DNA of 63,363 nt, counting the filler, from Octopus bimaculoides (Eukaryota), in assembly GCF_001194135.2 (NCBI RefSeq). It is 4 parts of 4 records of this genome, joined end to end, with 100 filler letters (N's around TTAATTAATTAA, not from the genome) between each part and the next. Parts side by side here need not be neighbours in the genome. Positions count along the whole stretch, not along the records: positions 29,763 to 42,856 come from NC_069002.1; positions 42,957 to 61,015 come from NC_069003.1; 2 more parts are not named here. One strand, given 5' to 3'. The position numbers and the translations under genes were made by a program. Position 1 is the first letter of the stretch, and every line of letters begins with the position of its first letter. The notes below the pieces were generated by a model. It was not told the origin of the DNA and did not search any database. It saw only the letters and a program-made list of their open reading frames with translations. Positions 33,148 through 48,585 of the stretch are shown here, one piece after another.

Positions 33148-33567
33148 CACAACTGGCAAGATACGAACTCAATATCAGTCAGAATAAACAACGCAATATC
33201 TCGCTCTTCGGTGATCAGCTACAACACTGTAATTACATTTCGGTAATGGTAAAAGGAGGGATTATACAAGAGATAATTAACTACACTAATTAACCCCCGT
33301 TCTATTACACATCTTATTATCGTCTAGCGATCGAAACATTTACATAATTACGAGCAATTACAATTAAATGCAGGATAAAGTTAATAGTCACACTAACTAT
33401 TGCTTCCAATAATCCCTTTCATTCTGGGATGACTGTTATATTAATTAAGATCTAAATGTAAACGTTATTGGTATCATGGTATCGGTGTGTTTTTGTTGTG
33501 TTTGGACATGTAAAAGACAAAGGCAGCTACTTAATTAATAGGTTGTGTAGTAGAGGATATATAAGTG

Positions 33568-33618
<51 letters not shown>

Positions 33619-35000
33619 ATATGTAGAGAGATACGTATGTGTGTTTATATATATGTATTTATGTATACATATATATATACATATATACATACATATATAT
33701 GTATGAGTATATGTATATATATACATACATACATGCATACATATACATGCATACATATACATGCATATCCATATGCACGCATGTGTGTGCATGTGTGCGT
33801 ATGTGTGTGTGTTCAAGTATGTATTATATGTCCATTATACTTCTTTTCTTTACTTCGTTGACAAGGATCCGGAGAAGAAGGAGAAGTAGATGGAGCAGCC
33901 AGCATTAATATTATTTCGTATGTTTCTCCAAAGAGGCTAAGATTGATGAAACTCATTGATACACAGTTTGAACACCGACATGTTGATACATGTAAGAACA
34001 GAGGTGGCTGTGTGGTAAGATTCTTGCTTTCCGGGTTCAGTCCCATAGCATGGCACCTTGGGCAAGTGGTTTCTCATTTAGCCACGAGCCGACCAAAACC
34101 TTGTGAATGGATTTATTAGAGAGAATCTAAAGGAAACCTGCCGTATATATATNNNNNNNNNNNNNNNNNNNNNNNNNNNNNNNNNNNNNNNNNNNNNNNN
34201 NNNNNNNNNNNNNNNNNNNNNNNNNNNNNNNNNNNNNNNNNNNNNNNNNNNNNNNNNNNNNNNNNNNNNNNNNNNNNNNNNNNNNNNNNNNNNNNNNNNN
34301 NNNNNNNNNNNNNNNNNNNNNNNNNNNNNNNNNNNNNNNNNNNNNNNNNNNNNNNNNNNNNNNNNNNNNNNNNNNNNNNNNNNNNNNNNNNNNNNNNNNN
34401 NNNNNNNNNNNNNNNNNNNNNNNNNNNNNNNNNNNNNNNNNNNNNNNNNNNNNNNNNNNNNNNNNNNNNNNNNNNNNNNNNNNNNNNNNNNNNNNNNNNN
34501 NNNNNNNNNNNNNNNNNNNNNNNNNNNNNNNNNNNNNNNNNNNNNNNNNNNNNNNNNNNNNNNNNNNNNNNNNNNNNNNNNNNNNNNNNNNNNNNNNNNN
34601 NNNNNNNNNNNNNNNNNNNNNNNNNNNNNNNNNNNNNNNNNNNNNNNNNNNNNNNNNNNNNNNNNNNNNNNNNNNNNNNNNNNNNNNNNNNNNNNNNNNN
34701 NNNNNNNNNNNNNNNNNNNNNNNNNNNNNNNNNNNNNNNNNATATATATACTCATGAAAAGGATGTGTGCATATAGATATATAAGAGTGTGTCCCTGTAT
34801 GTGTAAATATATATGCATATGCATATGTGTGTGTCTGAGTGTCTGTTTGTTTGTATCAGTGTGTGTAGACTTTTCTGTGTTTATATCAATGTTTGGTCGA
34901 GTGGTGCTAGACTGGTCAACGTAGCCGTGAATAGGTCACTAACTACAAGCAAGAGAGCTTGTGAGGGAGACTGAGAGAGAGAGAGAGAGAGAGAGAGACT

Positions 35001-35064
<64 letters not shown>

Positions 35065-36871
35065 TAAACAATGGAAATGATCCACAGTTCTTCAAGTTTC
35101 CCAAATATCTGGCCAGTATCTTGTCCAGTGATTTTCGCTAGGTCCAATCCGATCAACAAGTACCTATGGAGTAGGCTAAGGACATCTCAAGGATCATTGT
35201 CCCACGAACGTTTGTGTTGGTTAACACGGATTTCATACGCTCTCTGTCTCCGTACACACACTCCAGTCTTCACTACCCATTCTACACTCATTCATTATAT
35301 ACACCCACTTTGCATCGTCTTCGATAATTCTTCCCAAGCCCCAACCCCCACTCTTCTATTTCCTTTTCGGATTTTCTTTTTTTTTTTTAATCTCCTTTTC
35401 TTCCTTCCTTCTACTGTTTATCGCCATTTATATCATACTCCTTATCTTCACCATCACTAAAATCATCGTCGTCATCACCATCATCATCATCACCATCATT
35501 ATCATCATTATCATCATCATCATAAACATCATCATCATAGTCATCATCATCATCATCACCATCATCATCACCATCATCATCATCATCATCATCACCATCA
35601 TTATCATCATTATCATCATCATCATNNNNNNNNNNNNNNNNNNNNNNNNNNNNNNNNNNNNNNNNNNNNNNNNNNNNNNNNNNNNNNNNNNNNNNNNNNN
35701 NNNNNNNNNNNNNNNNNNNNNNNNNNNNNNNNNNNNNNNNNNNNNNNNNNNNNNNNNNNNNNNNNNNNNNNNNNNNNNNNNNNNNNNNNNNNNNNNNNNN
35801 NNNNNNNNNNNNNNNNNNNNNNNNNNNNNNNNNNNNNNNNNNNNNNNNNNNNNNNNNNNNNNNNNNNNNNNNNNNNNNNNNNNNNNNNNNNNNNNNNNNN
35901 NNNNNNNNNNNNNNNNNNNNNNNNNNNNNNNNNNNNNNNNNNNNNNNNNNNNNNNNNNNNNNNNNNNNNNNNNNNNNNNNNNNNNNNNNNNNNNNNNNNN
36001 NNNNNNNNNNNNNNNNNNNNNNNNNNNNNNNNNNNNNNNNNNNNNNNNNNNNNNNNNNNNNNNNNNNNNNNNNNNNNNNNNNNNNNNNNNNNNNNNNNNN
36101 NNNNNNNNNNNNNNNNNNNNNNNNNNNNNNNNNNNNNNNNNNNNNNNNNNNNNNNNNNNNNNNNNNNNNNNNNNNNNNNNNNNNNNNNNNNNNNNNNNNN
36201 NNNNNNNNNNNNNNNNNNNNNNNNNNNNNNNNNNNNNNNNNNNNNNNNNNNNNNNNNNNNNNNNNNNNNNNNNNCCTCACTATCATCTACTCCTCCTCCA
36301 CTACCTTGTCGATCTTCTTCCTTTTGCCCCCCCCCCCTTTCAGTCCGTCTGTCCATCACCTTACCTGTCGTTTATCTATATCCTTCTAGCTGTCCAACCA
36401 ACTCCTTTCCTTTCGCCCAACCCTTCCACACACAGAAATTCTTCCCTCCTCCGGCCATGATCTAGAGATCATGCTAAGTGCCAAGGACACCACAATATTT
36501 GCTGTTCAATACGAAAAACAACGGCAGAGGGCGCACGCACAAACACACACACACACACACAGACGCACACTGACACACACAAACGCTCACACACATAGAT
36601 ATACAACTAAGTCATGTATAAATAAGAATACAGTTATTGCCGAAGTGTGTGCACGGTTCTCTTAACATTAAGAGGGACTCAGGTTACAAATTGCCTTGTT
36701 GAGATTGAGAATAACGCGTGTATGCCTGTATGTGTGTGTCTGTGTGTACGTGTATACATATATACGCACGCAGGCACATACGCACACACACTCACACACA
36801 CACATATTCATATATATGTATGTATGTGGAGTATGCTAAAACTATACATATGCATATATACATACTTATGC

Positions 36872-36994
<123 letters not shown>

Positions 36995-38062
36995 GATGCG
37001 AGCTTGGTTGTGTGGTAATAAACTTGCTTTTCAACAAAAATGTCTCTGGACTCAGTCCCACTGCATGGCACCTTGTGAGTGGATTTGGTAGATAGAAACT
37101 GAAAGAAGCCCTCTGCTTAAAAACTACGTTTAAACATATTTCGTTCAATATTTAAAAAAAACTATCGTGGATCCACAATTTATTATTTCGTTGTGTGGGC
37201 CCCCCCTCTCAAAAATCTTATATGGACCCTCAGGGACGATGTGGACATCGGTTGAGAACCAGTGCTCTACACTAAGATATGCAGTCCTTTAAGTTTTCCG
37301 TGAATCTAAATTTTTAGAAGTTTTAGGTCCCGTCTTTTCTTTGTAGTTCTTTACTCTACAATGACCCAGCTCCTTGTTTGAGACACCATGTGTATACATA
37401 TAAGTGGATGTATATTTGAATTCATATTTGTCCCCCGCCACCATCACCATTGCTTGACAGCCGGTATCGTTTTGTTTACATTCCTGTAAGACAAAAGTGA
37501 CTGATAGAGTAAGTACCAGACATTCAAGAAAATATATACTGGGGCTGATTTTTCAACGAAACCTTTCAGGCCGGTGCCCCAACATGGCCGTAGTTCAATG
37601 ACTGAAACAAGTAAATATTAACAGATGAAAAAATGTATAAAACTATCCACATTTATATAAGAAATAGGGTGTTTGTGTATATATGCATCGGAATAGTAGG
37701 GACGGCATAAGCATATAGAATAATATTTGGGGTACATGTATTGTTTTAAAGATTGTATTTGATATAAAAGACATGCATGTTAATATATATGATATTATAG
37801 CTATGTAAGCCATACGATGTAAATGTGTATAGAAAGTGTTTATAAGGTAGGGGTATGAATGCGCAGAAGAAAAATGAGTATTTTATATTATAAATATAGT
37901 GTAGAAACATTGTCACGTGTTCATAGCACGTATGTATCCAAGTATATAACGGTGTGCGTATAGATGCACGTAGAGGATAAAATACAGGTTCGTATATGTA
38001 AGATATATATGGTGTCTGAGTACATATAGAGAGCGTATACGAGATGTAGATGCGTTTGTGCG

Positions 38063-38166
<104 letters not shown>

Positions 38167-38260
38167 CATGGCATTGGATGCAAGGATAAATGGTACATAA
38201 CCTGTGTAGATATAACACACATATTTCGTGCTTTTGCATGGGTCTGTGTGAGTTTATGTA

Positions 38261-38298
<38 letters not shown>

Positions 38299-39225
38299 TT
38301 TGTGTATGTGTGTCTGTGTGGATGCTTGTTTTTGTGTGTGCGTATGCGTTTGTGTGTGCTTGTGTGCGTGTGCATGTATAGGTATGTATACATACGTAAG
38401 ATAGCAAGATATATGTGTGTGTGTATGTATATATGTATATATGCATATATATAAAACGTACACGTATATATAAATGTACCTATATGAGAAAAAAGAAAGA
38501 GAAAATCGACATAGATGAAAATGTATATATATATAGGTATATAATGAAAAATACTGAAAAAGAACAACAACAATAATAATAACAACAACGACAAAACATA
38601 CAACAAGCGAAAAAAAAACGAAGAGCAAAATTTAAAAAAAAACAACAATGGTGAAGAAAAGAAGTTATGGGAGAAGGAAAAGAAAGGGAGAGAAAACATA
38701 ACGAGAGTAAAAAGAGAGTGAGTGAATGATTGATAGTAAAGCGAGGGAGAGAGAGAGATAGAGAGTAAGCGAGGAGGAGGAAGAGAAGGGTGGAGAGAGA
38801 AAGACGGAATTGTTTGTGAGTTGGCTTACTGGCCGGTTAGTTGGTGGGCTTATGTTGTTTTATCTAAGAATCAGCTAAGAACATTCACTTAATGATTCCG
38901 CCTGCAGTTATTGACGTTCTTAAGAGCGTCGAAGACAGACGCTAGTGTTTCATGGTTGTTATTATGTCTATCGACCTCTTCTTAATGTACGGGGGATGTG
39001 TGTGGTTCCATAGGCAACAATGCATCGTGATGAAACGTATACGTGTCTGAGAGTGTGGCGTTGTATACGTGTACATACATACATACATACATGTATATAT
39101 ATATATATATATACATACACACACATATATATATATATAAATATATCCGTATATATGTATATATGTATACGTGTACGTCTATATGTATATATATATATAT
39201 ATGTACGTTTATACATATATATACT

Positions 39226-39289
<64 letters not shown>

Positions 39290-39586
39290 AATATATATAA
39301 GCATATATCTGGATACGCACACACTTACACGTACATATACATAGATACATACATACATACATACATACATGCATCATTACGTACGTACATATATATATAC
39401 ATTTGTACGTACTTACATAGATACGTAGATTTTTATGGGTCTTGCTGCGTTCACAGAAAGACATCGATATACAACATGGCTGATGTGGTTTCATGGACGC
39501 TTTTATATGAGCATACATATACCTACATAAATGTATATACACCTATACCTTATGTGAATTTCTGCGAGTACACAACCACATAAGCA

Positions 39587-39636
<50 letters not shown>

Positions 39637-39849
39637 TGCATATATGTGTGTGTATATATGTACAGTGCGTTTATACAAGTATCAATATACATGCAGTTGC
39701 GTGAATAAGCTCATCCATATCAGTCAGTATTCTCGCCTTTCTCACTGTCTATCTGTCTATCTTTCTGCCTGGATCCATTTGGCTGCTTATTTATTTATAT
39801 GACTTTATTGTAGATATTATACATATATGCACAAAGGTTATATCTACGA

Positions 39850-39895
<46 letters not shown>

Positions 39896-40194
39896 GTACA
39901 CGTACACATATATATAAAGAAGAATTATTGCCGTTATCAATAGTATTAATAAGGTAATAATAAGGTGGCTGGCAAGTTCACACCGTTCCAGGCACAATAT
40001 AAGGTAAAATTAGGTTCAGTAGGGTATATAATATCACTTGCTAAGGATATCCACGCAAAATATACTAGGAAGTGCGTAAAAGTAGTAGGAAGTATATATA
40101 TATATATAGAAATCTCTCCCTGTTCCTCTCTCAGTGTGTGCGCGTATATACATATATATTGTATATATGTGTATAAACATATTTATATGTACGC

Positions 40195-40238
<44 letters not shown>

Positions 40239-40494
40239 ATATATATATGTTTCTGTGTGTGTGTGTGTGTATGTATTTATATGTATATATAAACAAGCAA
40301 AATAAGTACATATGTATAAATTAATATGTCCGACGAACGGAATGTGATATTTGTGATATTTTTGTTAAATTTTTTGTGATAATCGAACGAAAACAAACAT
40401 GGAGGATCGATAGACCAGAACGAGAGTAAAATAGTGAACCCTGGGAGAAATGTTTTCTATGAAAAGAGAAAAGGTAGAAAAGACAGAAATAAAA

Positions 40495-40716
40495 CGGTCC
40501 TGTTTTTGTTCCCAACTTTGACCTGCCATAAATCCTAAATCTTATTTTAGAATTTATGGAAGCAAATATCTTTGAAGTCTCATATTGTCGTTGAATGCTC
40601 GAAATGAGAAGTAAATAGACAGTCGACAACTGATGAAGTGTCCCTTCCCAGTGCTTAGTTGTCCTGCTTTTACGTATTTCATGCTGTTTGAACAGATGGT
40701 GACGTCCTGTGCCCAT
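40495..40716. mobile_element. Dispersed repeat (possible Penelope pLTR relic); second copy at ~46670-46901
   Basis: Shared tttttgttccc.actttgacc...aaatcttattttagaatttatg...cgacaactgatgaag.gtcc...ggtgacgtcctgt.cccata. Confidence 0.6.
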
Positions 40717-41205
40717 ATATATATATATATAAGATCGATATTTAAATACCGATCTTACCACAGGGCCACGATATATATTATGTGTGCTTGTATATGTTCC
40801 TGGAAACAAATACACATACATAAACACACACACACTTCAACACACTTATATATGTGTGTATCTCGGCTGTGGTGACGTTTCTCCCGTTATTGGTGTTCAC
40901 TGATTTTCTTGTCATAGTTACTGTCGTCAATTGTCATATTCATCTCAAAATTTGTCACAAGGCCATTAAATTTCAGGGAGAAAGTAAGTCGATTACATCA
41001 AATCCCAGTACTCAACCCCGAAAGGATAAAAAGCAAAGTCGACCTCGGTAGAATTGGAACTCAGAACGGTTAGACAGACGCAACACCGCTAAACATTTTG
41101 TCCGGCGTGCTAACGATTATGCCAGCTCGCAGTCTTGTCGATGTTTTTCGTATTCTGACTATGATTCGAATTATCACTGCAGCGGCAGCAGCAGCAGTAG
41201 CAACT

Positions 41206-41267
<62 letters not shown>

Positions 41268-42545
41268 CATTGTTTTGTTGTAACAAATGTTTGTAAAATC
41301 TAGCTGTTAACTAAGATAGCAACAATTGATGTTTATAAGAATGGGTTGAGTTTCATGGGTAGGAGGGAAGCAAATACGGGTGGTTGGCATCGGTTAGGCG
41401 TACGTTGGATCCATTCTTTATAATAAAAAAAGGGGGGTGTTGCAAAGTAAACCACGAAAGAATGGAGGAAAAGAAAGCATAGTATACGTGACTGAGTGTA
41501 TGTCAATATATGTGGAAACATGTGAAGGAGTATTTTCTGTAGAAACGGACACCCATATTCCCGTACAGTCGTATTTATATCAGATTCTCTATGTATATAT
41601 ATATATATATATATNNNNNNNNNNNNNNNNNNNNNNNNNNNNNNNNNNNNNNNNNNNNNNNNNNNNNNNNNNNNNNNNNNNNNNNNNNNNNNNNNNNNNN
41701 NNNNNNNNNNNNNNNNNNNNNNNNNNNNNNNNNNNNNNNNNNNNNNNNNNNNNNNNNNNNNNNNNNNNNNNNNNNNNNNNNNNNNNNNNNNNNNNNNNNN
41801 NNNNNNNNNNNNNNNNNNNNNNNNNNNNNNNNNNNNNNNNNNNNNNNNNNNNNNNNNNNNNNNNNNNNNNNNNNNNNNNNNNNNNNNNNNNNNNNNNNNN
41901 NNNNNNNNNNNNNNNNNNNNNNNNNNNNNNNNNNNNNNNNNNNNNNNNNNNNNNNNNNNNNNNNNNNNNNNNNNNNNNNNNNNNNNNNNNNNNNNNNNNN
42001 NNNNNNNNNNNNNNNNNNNNNNNNNNNNNNNNNNNNNNNNNNNNNNNNNNNNNNNNNNNNNNNNNNNNNNNNNNNNNNNNNNNNNNNNNNNNNNNNNNNN
42101 NNNNNNNNNNTATATATATATATATATATATATATATCAATACACACTCACGCACGCACGCATGCACACATATATTCATAAACACAGCTGCACACGCTCA
42201 CGTATCAGCCCTACGCCACTGATCCAAAAAAACACCCATCGCAAATTCTCCAACGAAAACCATTTCCCGCGAACATGTACTTGCATGGATTCATACGTAA
42301 TTCTTACAAGACGAGATCACGTGAACATGCAAACTTTTCCGATATCCAACAAAACGCGGCCAGATATTCTCCACTGTTTTAAACCATTTTCCAAAATCTA
42401 TGGAACTTACTAGAAAAGAACATCGTTTTCATATTTTCAATTCAACAATAGACTTTTCTGAGGCGCTTCAATTCTAAACTACGTATTATCTATGCGCATC
42501 CATACGTACATATCTATCTACCTACCTACCTACCTACCTACCTAC

Positions 42546-42603
<58 letters not shown>

Positions 42604-42620
42604 CTCGCTCTCTCTCTCTC

Positions 42621-42654
<34 letters not shown>

Positions 42655-43211
42655 CATACATACATATACATACATACATACACACAGTCACATATATATA
42701 TACATGTATATATACATACAAATATTAATATATATTTATATACACATATTTTCATAACTACATACATATATGCATATATATGTGTGTATATACATACATA
42801 TATGCATATATATGTGTGTATATACATATATGTATATATATATATATATATATATANNNNNNNNNNNNNNNNNNNNNNNNNNNNNNNNNNNNNNNNNNNN
42901 TTAATTAATTAANNNNNNNNNNNNNNNNNNNNNNNNNNNNNNNNNNNNNNNNNNNNATATTATATATATATATATATATTATATATGTAGTAATTTACAT
43001 AATGTTTGATATACATCTTTTACTTGTTTCAGTCATTAGACTACGGCCATGCTGGGGCGCCACTTTGAAGAATTTTTAGCCCCCAGTACTTTCTTTTTTA
43101 AGTCAGGTAGCTATTTTATCAAACCCTTTTACCGAACCGCTAAGCTACGGAGACATAAACACACCAACACCTGTTTTCAAGCGGTAGGGAGAACAAACAA
43201 AAACAGAAAGG

Positions 43212-43245
<34 letters not shown>

Positions 43246-44224
43246 TACACACACAGAGTTTTCGTCTACCAAATCCACTCACAAGGCTTTCGTCGGCTCG
43301 AGACTTTAGTAGAAGTCACCTCCCCAAAGAGACTGAACCCGGAACCATGTGGTTGGGAAGCAATTTTCTTACCAAACAGCCATTACAAACTATTAAAAGT
43401 CAGGGGGTATGAGAGGTGAATATATTTATTTAACCACTTGACCTCCTTAAGATTACGGCCATTTTGCAACCTTCTTCATGTATTAATAATTTCAGTGCTT
43501 AATAAACTATGTTTATTCTAAGAGAGTTGAATCGTTTGTGTAGCCATGACGCTCCAATAATCTGATGACCTTTCTTTTCCTTTTTTTTTTTTCTTTTGCA
43601 TTGATTTGTGTTTAATATACAATTACATTGTATAATGCGTAGCGTGTATATTAACGAGGCATGTAAACATAATCTATTATACACTGAAAATATTATTACA
43701 CGAAGATGACTGCGAAACAGAGGCACTCCTAATGATATCACGTGGTTAAATGACATTTTATTGTTTATATACTTCTCATGAAATAATTTCAGCGATCGGA
43801 TCCCCTGGATTTCAACTACGTGGAACTCTGCATTATACTCCTCTGTATTGGATTATTATGCGGTCGATTATTACGCGGTCTGTTAGCGAAGTTCGTTAGA
43901 GGAGCTTTCTGTGAAAACCACACCATTCTATGAATCCATATATACACACACACATATATTCTTTACCTTCTTGTATTCTTTTACTTGTTTCAGTGATTTG
44001 ACTGTGGCCATGCTGGAGCACCGCCTTTTTAGTCGAAGTAATCGACCCTTGGACGTATTCCTTGTAAGCCTGGTACTTATTCTATCGATGTCTTCTGCCG
44101 AACCGCTAAGTTACGGGGATATAAACACACCGATATCGTTTGTCAAGCGATGGTCGTGGGCACAAGCAGACACAAACACACACACATAAATATATACATA
44201 TACATATGTATATATATGTATATA

Positions 44225-44273
<49 letters not shown>

Positions 44274-44425
44274 NNNNNNNNNNATGATCTATCAACTCAC
44301 TGTGTTCTTTATTCTAAATATACACACTCTTCTTGTCTCAAATTTTAGTCGATGATAAAGAGACAGATAAACTGGAAATGAATTACAACCCTATGACCCC
44401 CACTGTGTTCCATCTGTTCTCTTAC

Positions 44426-44474
44426 CTATTCTTCCTACAATAGCGACAACATGAATTTCTTCCATCCTCTTGTT
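44426..44474 (-). other. Candidate 49-nt exon with ATG (MEEIHVVAIVGRI)
   Basis: atttttcttaaatattttaacag|AACAAGAGGATGG...AGAATAG|gtaaga; good splice sites and Kozak context (A at -3, G at +4). Confidence 0.3.
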
Positions 44475-44740
44475 CTGTTAAAATATTTAAGAAAAATTGT
44501 ATTAATGCATCGTGTCTGTTGAAGTTCCATTTTTGTGCAGCTGAAGATAGCGCTATATTTAAATTGATGTAATGATTGCATTCTTCAATTAAATGGATCC
44601 GCTTAAAACGTTCGTACGGCATTACTACTTGAAATCCTGTTACTTATTTTGATTTTATTCAAGTTACTTCGGGCTGTGCGGATAATACCGGACTGACTTG
44701 CTACTTCAACTTAAGTACCTAATTCAACTGAATCTTAATT

Positions 44741-44779
<39 letters not shown>

Positions 44780-44985
44780 GACGGGCTTCTTTCAGTTTCC
44801 GTTTACCAAATCTACTCACAAGTCTTTGGTCGGTCCGACACTATAGTAGAAGACACTTGGCCAAGGTGCCATGCAGTGGGACTGAACCCGGAACTATGTG
44901 GTTGAGAAGCAGGCTTCTTACCGCACAGTCATGCCTGCACCTAGCCACTCCTGTGCCTAGCCACACCTGCGCCTATGTCCTGCAC

Positions 44986-46494
44986 CATATATGCATGTAT
45001 ATATATGTATATATATATTTGAAGGTTTGGAGGTGATGTACAGAAATTATATAGAAAAAAATTAATTAAGGTACTCAGAAACCTGGACGTTTGTACATTT
45101 ACAGATTTTTATTAATGTCACATATTAAATGAAGCGCTTTTCACCTAGTCGTGTAGGTTTTTCAAATTGTTTGAAAAATTTGAAAAACCTACACGACTAG
45201 GTGAAAAGCACTTCATTTAATATGTATATACCAATATGTATATNNNNNNNNNNNNNNNNNNNNNNNNNNNNNNNNNNNNNNNNNNNNNNNNNNNNNNNNN
45301 NNNNNNNNNNNNNNNNNNNNNNNNNNNNNNNNNNNNNNNNNNNNNNNNNNNNNNNNNNNNNNNNNNNNNNNNNNNNNNNNNNNNNNNNNNNNNNNNNNNN
45401 NNNNNNNNNNNNNNNNNNNNNNNNNNNNNNNNNNNNNNNNNNNNNNNNNNNNNNNNNNNNNNNNNNNNNNNNNNNNNNNNNNNNNNNNNNNNNNNNNNNN
45501 NNNNNNNNNNNNNNNNNNNNNNNNNNNNNNNNNNNNNNNNNNNNNNNNNNNNNNNNNNNNNNNNNNNNNNNNNNNNNNNNNNNNNNNNNNNNNNNNNNNN
45601 NNNNNNNNNNNNNNNNNNNNNNNNNNNNNNNNNNNNNNNNNNTATGAAGGGTCAAAGTCTGTACCCATATATGCATGTATATATATGTATATATATATTT
45701 GAAGGTTTGGAGGTGATGTACAGAAATTATATAGAAAAAAATTAATTAAGGTACTCAGAAACCTGGACGTTTGTACATTTACAGATTTTTATTAATGTCA
45801 CATATTAAATGAAGCGCTTTTCACCTAGTCGTGTAGGTTTTTCAAATTGTTTGAAAAATTTGAAAAACCTACACGACTAGGTGAAAAGCACTTCATTTAA
45901 TATGTATATACCAATATGTATATACCAATATGTATATGCACATACATATACCAATATATATATACGCGTGTGCGTATTCTCTCTCACATTCACACACCCA
46001 TAAACACACACACAGTATACAGTAAAATTTTTTTTTCACTCATCTTAGAGAAAAACAATCCACTGCTATCTTTCAGAAGAATAGTGTTAAAGAAGTTTCC
46101 TTCTTTTTCTCTCTCCCCATTTCCTGAGAATCACACTTGTAGCAGCTCTATGTTTTTGTTACCTCATTTTGTATTTATTTTACAACTTTATTTTTCGTCA
46201 TTATATCATATATATATATATATATATTTAGATATATATTATTTATTATTTAATATTTAATTGGATGCATCCATTTCCAAGTAAGTTTGTCGTCACCTTT
46301 TTGATGCCACTCTCTACTCTATACTGTTTTCTTCCTCCTTTCTTCTCCTAATTCCCTTTTCTCACCTCCCTACTTCACCGTTTTCTATCTGTCTCTCTCT
46401 CCCCTCTTGTTGCTCACACATGACTATCGTCCATCTTTCTTTCCCTCATATCACTGTCTTTCTTTTCCTGCACGGACGCTTAAACGAACAAATG

Positions 46495-46556
<62 letters not shown>

Positions 46557-47204
46557 ACCTTTTTCCTTTCAAAAAATGTTTCTCCCAGCATTCACTATTT
46601 TCCTCTCGTTCTGGTCTAACGACCCTCCATGTTTGTTTTCGTTCGGTTTCCTTATATGTCACCAGTCATTTTTTGTTCCCGACTTTGACCCTTCATAAAT
46701 TCTAAATCTTATTTTAGAATTTATGTGAGCAACTGTCTTTGAAAACTCATATTCTCGTCGAATGCTCGAAATGAGGAGTAGATAGACCACCGACAACTGA
46801 TGAAGGGTCCTTTCTCTGTTAACTTGTCCTGTTTTCCATTTTTTTCTCGTTTGTTTGTGTATTTCATGTTATTTGTACCGTTGGTGACGTCCTGTACCCA
46901 TATATGCATGTATATATATGTATATATATATTTGAAGGTTTGGAGGTGATGTACAGAAATTATATAGAAAAAAATTAATTAAGGTACTCAGAAACCTGGA
47001 CGTTTGTACATTTACAGATTTTTATTAATGTCACATATTAAATGAAGCGCTTTTCACCTAGTCGTGTAGGTTTTTCAAATTGTTTGAAAAATTTGAAAAA
47101 CCTACACGACTAGGTGAAAAGCACTTCATTTAATATGTGACATTAATAAAAATCTGTAAATGTACAAACATCCAGGTTTCTGAGTACCTTAATTAATTTT
47201 TTTC

Positions 47205-47235
<31 letters not shown>

Positions 47236-47388
47236 TTATAAGTGTGCATGTGTGTGTATACATATACCAATATGTATATGCACATACATATACCAATATA
47301 TATATACGCGTGTGCGTATTCTCTCTCACATTCACACACCCATAAATACACACACAGTATACAGTAAAATTTTTTTTTCACTCATCTT
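44986..47388. repeat. Local triplication: copies at ~44986-45243, 45660-46047 and 46893-47388
   Basis: Identical catatatgcatgtat...tttgaaggtttggaggtgatgtacag + palindrome blocks; copies 1 and 2 lack the distal right arm. Confidence 0.85.
46961..47210. mobile_element. 250-bp near-perfect palindrome (foldback/MITE-like) in a TA tract
   Basis: Arms 46961-47081 and 47090-47210 match at 119/121 positions; 8-nt loop gtttgaaa. Confidence 0.85.
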
Positions 47389-48199
47389 TGAACACAGGAT
47401 TCAGCACGCACCTGTGCAGGTTGATAATGCGACCATTAATACATTGACCTAACAATATAAACACGCGTTTATGTCTCTCTACTATCTATTTAGCAGCTAT
47501 ACATAAGTGTGCGCTCATACATACTTATACACATACACACACACACACAAACAAATACACTCATTGTATTATATTGTATTACATTATTTCATATTATATT
47601 ATATCATATTATATTATATTATATACATTCGGATTCAGGGGCCCAAATATAGGAAGTTAGTAAGCTTCAAGCAGTTTGTGACAGATATATAAAACAAAAA
47701 GTGACAGTGTACGTTTAGGAACAATAACAATTTATCGATGTCTTAGGTTACACACTTCTTCCCATGTCAAAGTTATGAGGAAATTCGATAAGCTGGAAAT
47801 ATGTTTAACTCGCGGTTAACAACGAAAGAGGCTATGAATACGAATGAAAATCCAAATTGAGAAGAGAGGAAAAGATAAAATCCAGGATACATATGTTTCA
47901 TAGCTAGCTGATCCTCCGAGGTAATAATTATTCAAAGGGGGATACTCAACTGAGCCATTCATCAAACCGAGAATACCTTAATTACATGAAGGTTGCATTG
48001 TCGTTTAGAAATCCCAAATCAATTCACTGCAAATGACGAAAAATAAATACAAAGATGATGGAAAATAAATACAAAATGAGGTAACAAAAACATAGAGCTG
48101 CTACAAGTGTGATTCTCAGGAAATGGGGAGAGAGAAAAAGAAGGAAACTTCTTTAACACTATTCTTCTGAAAGATAGCAGTGGATTGTTTTTCTCTAAG

Positions 48200-48490
48200 T
48201 ATGATATTTGCTTGTCTTCAAGTCTAGGGTCATGTCCAGGAAGTCGACATTTAAGAAAAAGATGGCCGAATTCTTTGACGATCTGTCACAGATCCTGGCT
48301 GAAAGTATCTATGGCAATGGTCGATCATATGGCTTCAGAGTGCCAAGTCATCATCCTTAAACAGGGCCGAAGTATAAAGACATGTATGCTGCCTTAGAAT
48401 GGTCAAGATAAATATTCCCACGACGTCAGCAACCTCAGCCTTGTCGTAGTTACCAATAGATACGTCAAACTGGGTTGCTTTCTCTTCATA
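48200..48490 (-). mobile_element. Penelope-like retroelement RT fragment
   Basis: QFDVSIGNYDKAEVADVVGIFIL...ALFKDDDLAL matches the PLE pattern FDVTMGSYDGAE.C.LVG...YRDDGL. Confidence 0.75.
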
Positions 48491-48505
48491 GATAGATAGA
48501 TAGAT

Positions 48506-48585
<80 letters not shown>

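Noticed and set aside
44422-44622. ORF MPYERF...CCRYCRKNR as a small protein
   Set aside because: No recognisable domain; only the 49-nt splice-bounded part (in another frame) is kept as a candidate exon.
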